64,000 bases of DNA from Bacteroidota bacterium. Lineage in GTDB: Bacteria > Bacteroidota > Bacteroidia > UKL13-3. The position numbers and the translations under genes were made by a program. The stretch covers positions 32,400-96,399 of the forward strand of contig JAUXUD010000004.1 of the NCBI GenBank assembly GCA_030680835.1. Reading direction: 5' to 3'. The notes under the pieces were generated by a model. The model did no database searches. It was not told where the DNA came from and worked only from the letters and a program-made list of their open reading frames with translations. Below, in pieces: positions 17,906 through 25,974 of this stretch. Within the stretch, counting starts at the first letter, position 1, and every line of letters begins with the position of its first letter.

Positions 17906-20035
17906 CTATATTTTTATCCTTGCATCCACGGCAAAAGCGCCATCTTCAAATGCCATCACCGGATTTAAATCCATTTCCTTTATTTGAGGAAAATCATTCA
18001 CCAGTTGAGATATGCGAAGTATCATTTCAATAACACTGTGTTTATCTAGCGCCGCTTCCCCTCTTGCGCCATCTAATAATTTTGCAGCTTTTATTGAAGA
18101 TAACATTTCGTTTGCTTCAACCCGCGTTACCGGAGATAATTTGAAAACCACATCTTTTAATACTTCAATATAAATTCCTCCCATACCAAACATTACAAGC
18201 GGTTCCAGATCTTTTTGAGCACTTACTCCAATAACAAGTTCCTTACCACCGGGAAGAAATTTTTGAACCAAAAACCGGAGGTCCTCCTCTATAAAATCTT
18301 CCTTCATTTTTTCAACGGCATACAAAACTTCATTGTCGTTTTTCAGATTTATGGCTACCCCGCCCAAATCGCTTTTATGCACAAGAGATTTCGATTCAAC
18401 TTTTACAACAACGGGATATCCAATTTCTTTCGCAGCTTTTACAACATCTGCCATAGAGTGGGCCAAACGCCAATCGGCAATGGGAATTCCATAAGCTGAA
18501 AGTAAGGTATATACTTGTTCGCTGCTAAGAAATTCTCCGGTAGATTTTACATTATTTAAAATGGAATCGGCTTTTACTTTATCTATATCATTAAAATGTT
18601 TGGGTTCACCAATATGCCGGTTTTGAACCAAATGGTACCTGTATAATGCGCCAAGCGCTTTGGCAGCAGTGGTAGGGAAGCTGTAACAAGGTACACCGCC
18701 ATCTTTCAGGATTTTGGCAGTCTCCTGAAAACGTTCCAGACTCAGGTTGGTCATGAAATTACAAACGATGGGTTTTTTGTGTTGTTGATTTACTTCAACA
18801 ATACTTCTTGCAACCTCATTGGTGTCGGTAAACGGAGCCGTAACAAAATTGATAAAAACCGAGTCAATCTGTTCTTCATTCATCATCACATCCAGCGCAC
18901 TTCTGAAATGAATTCCGCCTCCGGTTGCAACTACATCAACAGGATTTCCAATGCTTGCTTCGGGCAATAATGTTTGTTGTAAGGTTTGTATTGCTTTTTC
19001 AGAAAGAGCCGGAATCTGCATTCCTGCATGAACCAGTTCATCGGTTGCAATTACAGCAGGTCCGCCTGTATTGGTGATGATGCCCACACGGTTTCCCTTA
19101 GGGATGGGTTGTGTTGAAAAAGCTTTGGCAGCCTGACACATTTCTTCTTCATTGGTGAAAGAAAGGATCCCTGTTTTCTCAAAAATTAATTCAGTTGCAA
19201 TATCAACACCAGCAAGAGAACCTGTATGGGAAGCTGCTGCTTTAGCGCCTTCAGCAGTCCTGCCCGATTTCATGGCAAGTATTGGCTTTTTGCGTGCAAC
19301 CACTTTGGCCACTTTCATAAATTCTCCGGGATCATGAAATCCTTCGGTATAAAGTATAATGGCTTTGGTTGCCTCATCGTTACCATAATAATTTAATACC
19401 TCCGAAATAGAAATATCACATGCATTTCCATTTGAAGCATAGTAACGCATTCCAATTTCCAGGTCGAATAAACTTTGCATGATAAAGGCACCTACACCTC
19501 CACTTAAAGCTACAATTGAGATGGCACCAGGCTCCGGAAAAGTAAATGTAAAATCACAGTATGCTTTATAATCCGGATCGGTATTGATGATACCCTGACA
19601 GTTTGGACCAAATACCCGGATTCCATATTCTTTTGCCTTGTTGAGAAAAGCAGTTTGCAATGCAATGCCTTCTTCCCCCATTTCATTAAATCCGGCTGAA
19701 TTAATGATTACTGATTTAATTCCTTTTTTGCCACAATCTTCAATAATCTGAGGAACAAATTTTGAAGGAATAATGATATGTGCCAAATCAATATCATCAG
19801 GCACATCAAAAATAGTTTGATAGGCCTTGATATCCCTTATGCTGGGTTCTTTAGGATTGATGGGATAAATTTTCCCGGTATAACCATAATGTACCAGGTT
19901 TTTAATAATTACATTTCCGATGGATAATTCTTTTGAGGATGCACCAATTATAGCAATCGATTTTGGCTTAAATAAAGTATCCAGTTCGTGAGAAATGTCA
20001 CTTTCAATCAATACTGATTCTTCCTTATAATTCAT
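17906..20035 (-). CDS. ADP-forming acyl-CoA synthetase (acetate-CoA ligase family, fused alpha-beta)
   Basis: PKSIAIIGAS, GPNCQG, phospho-His motif AASHTGSLAG, NPVD, ATP-grasp HKSDLGGV and EMDLNP. Confidence 0.9.
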   Translation of the reverse strand: MNYKEESVLIESDISHELDTLFKPKSIAIIGASSKELSIGNVIIKNLVHYGYTGKIYPINPKEPSIRDIKAYQTIFDVPDDIDLAHIIIPSKFVPQIIEDCGKKGIKSVIINSAGFNEMGEEGIALQTAFLNKAKEYGIRVFGPNCQGIINTDPDYKAYCDFTFTFPEPGAISIVALSGGVGAFIMQSLFDLEIGMRYYASNGNACDISISEVLNYYGNDEATKAIILYTEGFHDPGEFMKVAKVVARKKPILAMKSGRTAEGAKAAASHTGSLAGVDIATELIFEKTGILSFTNEEEMCQAAKAFSTQPIPKGNRVGIITNTGGPAVIATDELVHAGMQIPALSEKAIQTLQQTLLPEASIGNPVDVVATGGGIHFRSALDVMMNEEQIDSVFINFVTAPFTDTNEVARSIVEVNQQHKKPIVCNFMTNLSLERFQETAKILKDGGVPCYSFPTTAAKALGALYRYHLVQNRHIGEPKHFNDIDKVKADSILNNVKSTGEFLSSEQVYTLLSAYGIPIADWRLAHSMADVVKAAKEIGYPVVVKVESKSLVHKSDLGGVAINLKNDNEVLYAVEKMKEDFIEEDLRFLVQKFLPGGKELVIGVSAQKDLEPLVMFGMGGIYIEVLKDVVFKLSPVTRVEANEMLSSIKAAKLLDGARGEAALDKHSVIEMILRISQLVNDFPQIKEMDLNPVMAFEDGAFAVDARIKI

Positions 20036-20062
20036 AACTCATTTTTTTATTCATATTTTTTT

Positions 20063-20154
20063 TTAAACACATAGGCACATAGATTCACATAGGTTTCACA
20101 TAGTAAAATACCCTATGTGAAACCTATGTTTTCCTATTGTGCCTATGTGTTTAA
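20063..20154. repeat. Long imperfect palindrome built from CACATAG-like units
   Basis: TTAAACACATAGGCACA (20063-79) pairs with 20138-54; ACATAGGTTTCACATAG (20087-103) pairs with 20113-29; 9-nt loop. Confidence 0.9.
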
Positions 20155-20184
20155 TTTCATAACTCATACCTCATAACATAATAT

Positions 20185-21021
20185 TTACACCATCACTGCC
20201 TGTTTTTCTTTCAGTCTGATATGCCTGAATCCTCCCCATAAGGCTGCGCCCAATGCACCTGCGTATATGGCATCCGGGTGGGTTTTAATCACATATTTTT
20301 TCCCGGTTTCCAACAATTGTTCTTCTATTGCCTGGATCATTCCGGTATTCAGCGACATGCCTCCTGTTATGATAATCGGTGATTCCGCCTTTAAGGAACT
20401 CAGCAGTTTTATAATCCGGTTTGCAATGGAAAGATGAATGCCTTTGATAATATTGGGAGTTTTGATACCTCTTGAAACCATGTTAATCACATCGGTTTCA
20501 GCCAGTACTGCGCAAATTCCTGATGACAATTCAGGGGCTTCTGCCTGCAACGAAACGGTTCCTACTTCTTCAATCGACAGTCCAAGATAACGCGAAATAT
20601 TTTCAACAAATTGTCCGGATCCCGAAGCACATTGTCCGGTCATTTTATAATCCTGCACGCGTGCATCTGTTGATATTTTGATGGCCCGTACGTACAAAGC
20701 ACCCATATCCACTACTGTTACGGCATCCGGGAAGAAAAAATTGGCCCCTTTTGCATGGGTTGTCATCCCATAAAAATGTCCGCGTTTGCGCTTCACCAGA
20801 TCGCCTTCACCGGTTGATGCCAGATAAGCAATTTCTTCATATTGAAGATTGTTTCTTTTCAGCATGCTTTGAATTAATTCTTCTGCAACCACTGAAGGAT
20901 TCCGCTTTCTGATTTTTTCAGTATGCTTGTCAACGATCTTCGGATTGTTGGAATAATCTACCAAAATAAGTTTGATAAAATTTGATCCCACATCAATCCC
21001 CATTGTATAAAAGTTTTCCAT
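20185..21021 (-). CDS. bcrD: Benzoyl-CoA reductase subunit D (class I, ATPase module)
   Basis: GIDVGS, STGEG, GHFYGMTTHAKGA, YKMTGQCASGSGQFVENISRYLG and ICAVLAETDVINMVSRG. Confidence 0.93.
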   Translation of the reverse strand: MENFYTMGIDVGSNFIKLILVDYSNNPKIVDKHTEKIRKRNPSVVAEELIQSMLKRNNLQYEEIAYLASTGEGDLVKRKRGHFYGMTTHAKGANFFFPDAVTVVDMGALYVRAIKISTDARVQDYKMTGQCASGSGQFVENISRYLGLSIEEVGTVSLQAEAPELSSGICAVLAETDVINMVSRGIKTPNIIKGIHLSIANRIIKLLSSLKAESPIIITGGMSLNTGMIQAIEEQLLETGKKYVIKTHPDAIYAGALGAALWGGFRHIRLKEKQAVMV

Positions 21022-21067
21022 AATTTTTTAATTCTTACTTCTTAATTCTATTTCATATTGTACATTG

Positions 21068-21164
21068 TTCTCGACTTAGCTCGGACTGACATGCGGTATA
21101 TCTTACATTGTACATTGTACATCGTAATTCGTACATCGTACATCGTAAATCGTACATTGTACAT
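21068..21164 (-). repeat. Heptamer tandem array (TACATYG-like, 8 full units) plus REP-like hairpin CATGTCAGTCCGAGCTAAGTCGAGAA
   Basis: Units run from 21104 up to the bcrA stop codon. The REP-like motif at 21068-21093 matches a second copy at 57519-57540. Confidence 0.85.
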
Positions 21165-22579
21165 CAAGCCATTTCTTTTGTTTTCTTCGCATTGGGTAAA
21201 TCGGCATTTATATTTCTTCTGGCAAACATGGCACCTCCCAGAGCTCCCATAAAAATGGAATCTGTGTGAATATTTATTTTGATATGTTCGCCATAATTTT
21301 CTTTTACCAATTGGGTCAGGTATTTAATAACTGCCTGATTTCTGGCAACACCTCCGGTAAAAGTAAATTCGTTAAACACGCCACCCGAGCGGGCTATCAG
21401 CGACATGGCCCGCATGATGATTGCCTTATGCAAACCTCCCAGTATGTCTTCGCGCCGTTCTCCCAGATTGGTTAATTCACGCAATTCGGCACCTGCAAAA
21501 ACGGTACAGGTAGAGCAAATGGTCACTTCTTTTTCAGCCTGCATGGCCATGGGTCCGAGTTCATTTAATGAAATGCTCAGTTCATCTGCAATATATCCAA
21601 GATATCGTCCGCAACCTGCGGCACAACGGTCGTTCATCTGAAAACTGGTTACCAAACCATACTTATCAACCTGAATTGCTTTTGTGTCTTGTCCACCAAT
21701 ATCCAAAACCGTTCTGGTTTCAGGGAAAATGGCATGGGCTCCAAAGGCATGACATAAAATTTCGGAACGGATACATTCCTGAGGGAAGGGCAGGAGCGCA
21801 CGCCCATAACCAGTACCCGTCATATTGGTAATATTGAATTCAAGTTGGGCTATCTTATGAATATGCTCCCGTAACGAATCACTCACATGATAAAATTTCC
21901 CTTTCAGTAAATTAATTTCAGCATCAAAATTTACGCTTTCATCATCCATGTTTTCAGGAAGGTTTTCATATTTTTCCCTTAACACTTCCATGGCTTTTTG
22001 AACCAGTTCAAAAAAATTGAATTCAACTGCCTGGTTTTCGGCCGGACTGATACTCTTGTCCCAAATGGTCATGAGGGGTTCAAATAAGGAGTTGTCGAGT
22101 TTATTTACTTCTTCATTATACAACTCCGAAACGATGTCTCTGAAAAACTGATTTTTTGAACCCAGGTCGCCAAAAATATAGGCATGTTTTATTTTGGGCT
22201 TAATCACTTTTCTGATGTTTCTCAGGTTCTCCAGCATGAGTTCTCTTTTTTCGCCTGTTAAGTAACTGTTGCAGGTTTTTAATAATTCCTCACCCAGTTT
22301 ATCAATCCGGACCTTGAATTGTTCATATTGAAATACACTTTCCAGATCGGAAATATATTTTCTGTACTCAGGATTTAATTCCATATCTTTTTCAAGAATT
22401 TTCTTGAGTATGGAAAAGCGCGCATTGTAAATGGCTTCTTCCCGGGCGATATCAGCTGCAACAGAATAATTGGCACGGGTGTTGGTAATTCCCCTTCCGA
22501 TAATTTCATCCTGATCGTTTATGATTACCGCCTTTGATGTTGTGGAGCCAAGGTCTACTCCTAAATAATATTTATTCAT
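21164..22579 (-). CDS. bcrA: Benzoyl-CoA reductase subunit A (class I, ATPase module)
   Basis: GVDLGSTTSKA..GRGITNTRANY, GTGYGR, RSEILCH, DIGGQDTK, FQMNDRCAAGCGRYLGYIADE and CTVFAGAE. Confidence 0.93.
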   Translation of the reverse strand: MNKYYLGVDLGSTTSKAVIINDQDEIIGRGITNTRANYSVAADIAREEAIYNARFSILKKILEKDMELNPEYRKYISDLESVFQYEQFKVRIDKLGEELLKTCNSYLTGEKRELMLENLRNIRKVIKPKIKHAYIFGDLGSKNQFFRDIVSELYNEEVNKLDNSLFEPLMTIWDKSISPAENQAVEFNFFELVQKAMEVLREKYENLPENMDDESVNFDAEINLLKGKFYHVSDSLREHIHKIAQLEFNITNMTGTGYGRALLPFPQECIRSEILCHAFGAHAIFPETRTVLDIGGQDTKAIQVDKYGLVTSFQMNDRCAAGCGRYLGYIADELSISLNELGPMAMQAEKEVTICSTCTVFAGAELRELTNLGERREDILGGLHKAIIMRAMSLIARSGGVFNEFTFTGGVARNQAVIKYLTQLVKENYGEHIKINIHTDSIFMGALGGAMFARRNINADLPNAKKTKEMA

Positions 22580-22642
22580 TTCTTTAAATAATTTCGTTTA
22601 CATGAATTCAATGTTTTCAATTAAATATTGTGTAAATACAAT

Positions 22643-22669
22643 GTGAGGGCAGATGCAATCTGCCCCTAC
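22643..22669 (-). repeat. GTAG-type REP palindrome between bcrB and bcrA
   Basis: Minus strand reads GTAGGGGCAGA-TTGCA-TCTGCCCTCAC. Confidence 0.75.
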
Positions 22670-22698
22670 CAGTTGTATCATATAAATTAGTTTTCATG

Positions 22699-24003
22699 TT
22701 ATATTTCAGCTTCTACTTGTTTCATAATTATTTTTCTTTGACCCAACATCTGGAAATAGGATTCCAAACGGTTTTTGATATTGGCATATGAGAAATATCT
22801 GGGATCCACCAAATCCGATTCGATAAATCCCACAGGCACTCCCGAGCGTTGTTCAATTTCGCGCATAATCATCAATTGCCCTGCTGAGAAAGAGTTACAG
22901 CTTTTAATGGAATTAATCAAAAATCCATCAGCCTTATATTCCTCCACGTATTTTTCAAGCAAATCAACCCGTTGCGGTAGGTTTAAATTGGTATACACGC
23001 CCATGCAATATTTTGCCAGACTTTCGAGCGGTGCATTCGGATCATGCCGGAAACCCTGATCGTAAACACCCCCTACTTTGGTATAGGAAGAGGCAACGAT
23101 CACAGCACCCATATCATAAAATATTTTCCAGAATTCACGGAAGTTGGTCCAGTTGGGCGGACCTTCAACAACCAGTCTGAATTTCTCTTCCTTTAGCTCT
23201 CCTTCAGGAGTTATTGGGCCTAAACCCAGTCGCATTCTTTCCTGCACTTCTTTCCATAATTCTGTATAGTATTCAACGGCTTCTTCTGTTCCCCTGAAGG
23301 CAGTGAAAATCGGACCGATATAATATACCCCGGCAAAGTATGCATCAATGGGAGATGGAACATGTTTGGCAGACTCCAGAACTTTAACCAATAAATCTTC
23401 TGCTTTTGCAGAATTTACCAGCATTTTAGAAAGCCGTTCCAGATCGAATTTTTTACCGGATACCATTTCCATTTTTGGAATCACTTCCTCATTCATTTGC
23501 TTCACCATATAATCAACCTGGTCCTGCGAAATTTTTCCATCTTCCTGATAAGGTGTATGCAGCATGGCCACAGGCACTCCGGGGTATAAGCGTTCCAGAT
23601 TCTCGAACCACTTTAAAAAGGTAAAACAACCTGTATAACTGAGCAACAATAAATCGGGGGGTGGAAGCTTTTCTCCTGTTGGACCTATATTGCCATTTAA
23701 CATCATACCGATATCGCATTTCACATAGGTACATACATCTTCCGAATAGCCAATTTTTTCGGCGTCTCTGATATAATCCGCAGATTTTTTTCGCATGCCC
23801 GACTGAAGCGCATTGATTTCGGGATATACCGGTAGCATATCAAAGGAAAGAATCAGCTCGGTGAGGTTACCGGGAACAAACGTATAAACCACTTTTTTAC
23901 CCAATTCCGTGGCGGTACTTAATTCCTTAAATTGTTTGGCCAGCATCTCTTTTTGAATGAGCATGCTGTTTTCTTTGATTGCTTCGTGTTGTTCTTTACT
24001 CAT
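22699..24003 (-). CDS. bcrB: Benzoyl-CoA reductase subunit B (class I, reductase module)
   Basis: YTFVPGNL, PEINALQ, EDVCTYVK.DIGM, LSYTGCFTF.KWFE, EGPPNWT, SIKSCNSFSAGQ and DLVDPRYFS. Confidence 0.93.
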   Translation of the reverse strand: MSKEQHEAIKENSMLIQKEMLAKQFKELSTATELGKKVVYTFVPGNLTELILSFDMLPVYPEINALQSGMRKKSADYIRDAEKIGYSEDVCTYVKCDIGMMLNGNIGPTGEKLPPPDLLLLSYTGCFTFLKWFENLERLYPGVPVAMLHTPYQEDGKISQDQVDYMVKQMNEEVIPKMEMVSGKKFDLERLSKMLVNSAKAEDLLVKVLESAKHVPSPIDAYFAGVYYIGPIFTAFRGTEEAVEYYTELWKEVQERMRLGLGPITPEGELKEEKFRLVVEGPPNWTNFREFWKIFYDMGAVIVASSYTKVGGVYDQGFRHDPNAPLESLAKYCMGVYTNLNLPQRVDLLEKYVEEYKADGFLINSIKSCNSFSAGQLMIMREIEQRSGVPVGFIESDLVDPRYFSYANIKNRLESYFQMLGQRKIIMKQVEAEI

Positions 24004-24045
24004 AATAATATTTTTATCATTTTAAACTTTGCTTTCATGTCAACA

Positions 24046-24071
24046 TAGGTCAGGTCGCGACCTGACCCTAC
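24046..24071 (-). repeat. GTAG-type REP palindrome between bcrC and bcrB
   Basis: Perfect 20-bp palindrome GGTCAGGTCGCGACCTGACC (24048-67), preceded by GTAG on the minus strand. Confidence 0.8.
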
Positions 24072-24093
24072 AATATTCCCATTTCCTTCTTTA

Positions 24094-25257
24094 CTACGCC
24101 CAGAGTTTTATTGAATCAGAAAAAGTTCCTGCCTGTTCTTTAATCACTTTAAACTGCCCGGTGTTTTCATGGAACTGGAAATTGATATGGGGAATTCCGG
24201 CCAGGTCGCATTCTTTTTGCATTTCAGGGCGGTCGAGGAGGGCAGGGTCACAAAAACTTGCTGCACAGAAAATAATTCCATCGGCATCTCTTTCCTTAGA
24301 AAGTTTTACCAAACGTTTCCCTTTGGGATTTCCGACATCATAATATGCAGATGAGAAGGTGCTCTGGTTAATGTATGCATCCGCCAATGCTTCCAATGGG
24401 TTGTCTGTTGTTGCATTGATATCACCCTGTATCCAGCGCGATCCCAGCATAAAATCATCTTCTACGATATAGCAGCCTGCCAGTTCAATTGATTTGATCA
24501 AACCTATCGGAGGCTGTTCGCAGAAGGAACCGCTTACTACAATCCGGATATTATCCATGGGTTCACCTCTCTCATTTTGAAGATGTGAGACTACCTGCTC
24601 CAGAATTTCATTGTGTTCCTCAACCGGAATTACTTGCCCGGCTCTGAGAATATAATAGGTTTCCACTGCAGTAAGTTTCCAGGGTGCAGCTTGTCTGATT
24701 TCGTATATTTTCTCGATCAGGAATCTGTTTTTATTATACAATCCGATGGAATGATTGATGGCTTCAGAGGTAATTTTTATGCCATTAATGGCAAACATAT
24801 CATCTATTACTTTTCCAATTTCCTGCTTATAAAAAGTTCCCCCAATATTTGGATCAAAGTTTTGGGGATAATCAAAATAGCGCTGAAATTTTCCTTTTTT
24901 AGAGAGTTTAAACATTCCGGATAAATTGCGCACGCAGTCGCAAATGGCAGGGAACAGGAACCCATCAAACCCATCGAGATTATTATCCAGTGCCATTTCA
25001 ATAATGCCCCGTGGCAGGTGACATATATAAGATTGGTAATAAGCATCTCCTTTAATAATCTGTTTGCGGTCGCCCGAACCCATGATACCCACTGAAATGC
25101 CATTGGCAGCATGTATAATCTCGCGAGGCACATAAATTGGCAGATAACCTACGATAATCCGCTTTGGGTCCTCCGACTTCCATTGTTTGGCTCTTGAAAA
25201 GTTTAAGTCAAATGCCAGTAACTCGCATTCCTGCAGTATTTCTTCTAAGACTTTCAT
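24094..25257 (-). CDS. bcrC: Benzoyl-CoA reductase subunit C (class I, reductase module)
   Basis: PIYVPREIIHA, GDAYYQSYICHLPR, ICD..RNLSG, FCEQPP, SFCDPALL and ENTGQF..IKEQAGTFSDSIKLW. Confidence 0.93.
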   Translation of the reverse strand: MKVLEEILQECELLAFDLNFSRAKQWKSEDPKRIIVGYLPIYVPREIIHAANGISVGIMGSGDRKQIIKGDAYYQSYICHLPRGIIEMALDNNLDGFDGFLFPAICDCVRNLSGMFKLSKKGKFQRYFDYPQNFDPNIGGTFYKQEIGKVIDDMFAINGIKITSEAINHSIGLYNKNRFLIEKIYEIRQAAPWKLTAVETYYILRAGQVIPVEEHNEILEQVVSHLQNERGEPMDNIRIVVSGSFCEQPPIGLIKSIELAGCYIVEDDFMLGSRWIQGDINATTDNPLEALADAYINQSTFSSAYYDVGNPKGKRLVKLSKERDADGIIFCAASFCDPALLDRPEMQKECDLAGIPHINFQFHENTGQFKVIKEQAGTFSDSIKLWA

Positions 25258-25354
25258 TAAATTTTATATTTATCTGTTGTTGCTAATTGAGTTCTTATTA
25301 AGCTTAATTTCAAGTTGCTTATAACAAAGTGAGTAGATTTTGAGCAGGTTTAGT

Positions 25355-25390
25355 TTGATGGACGTCAATATTAAAGATGACTTTTATCAT
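25355..25390. promoter_or_regulatory. Two putative Crp/Fnr-family boxes upstream of bcrC
   Basis: TTGAT-GGAC-GTCAA (25355-68, one mismatch to TTGAT-N4-ATCAA) and ATGAC-TTTT-ATCAT (25377-90). Confidence 0.55.
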
Positions 25391-25454
25391 GTAGGTTTTT
25401 AAATTTATAGAATAATGATTTTTTTTAAATGAAATTATCTAAATTGCGAACCGA

Positions 25455-25835
25455 TTGAGAAAACCTGTTTCTATATTAGTCTCCTTACTGATTCTGATTT
25501 ATTCAGGTGGATTTTCTTTGTCGTTTGACAATTGCCTGAACCAGCAAACAATTACCATAGGTGCCCATAATGAAAAGTCATGTTGTGGGGATATACCCTG
25601 CAAGGAGGATTGTTGCAATAAAACCGTTATTGTTCTTAAGAAGTTACAGGATAAATATAATCCCCCATCCCAGATAAATAATTCTTCGGTTCAAAATTTA
25701 ATTGTATTTATATATTCTGAACTTAATTTTTCTGCGGAAAATCATTTAAATCAAGGACCTGCATATTTAACCGACAAGGCCCCACCTGACAGGCAACTAT
25801 CTTTAAATATACTTTACAGAACCTTTCTTATATAA
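25455..25835 (+). CDS. Small Cys-rich exported protein (HYC_CC_PP-like) preceding a metal efflux operon
   Basis: Hydrophobic N-terminus, SCC..DCC, KAPP and terminal ..TFLI; TTG start. Confidence 0.6.
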   Translation: MRKPVSILVSLLILIYSGGFSLSFDNCLNQQTITIGAHNEKSCCGDIPCKEDCCNKTVIVLKKLQDKYNPPSQINNSSVQNLIVFIYSELNFSAENHLNQGPAYLTDKAPPDRQLSLNILYRTFLI

Positions 25836-25974
25836 TTTCATCTTTGAATAAGCATGCTTCTATGTTGTAGAAGTGTATGCTTTTATTTTTGCTGCTATTC
25901 ATTGCAATTGCAGCATTCAGGCCTTATTGTCTGAGTATTTATTCGAATAAAATTTATTATTTAAAAACAAAAAA

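Noticed and set aside
21068..21164. Possible CRISPR array in the tandem repeats here and at 57431-57510
   Set aside because: Units are 7-8 bp with no unique spacers, and no cas genes are present.
20185..25257. Interpretation as a plain 2-hydroxyglutaryl-CoA dehydratase system or a Bzd-type reductase
   Set aside because: Subunit sizes, C-B-A-D order and motifs (QCASGSGQF, DRCAAGCGRYLG, GDAYYQSYIC) match the Thauera-type Bcr, and oah/had/dch are in the same cluster.
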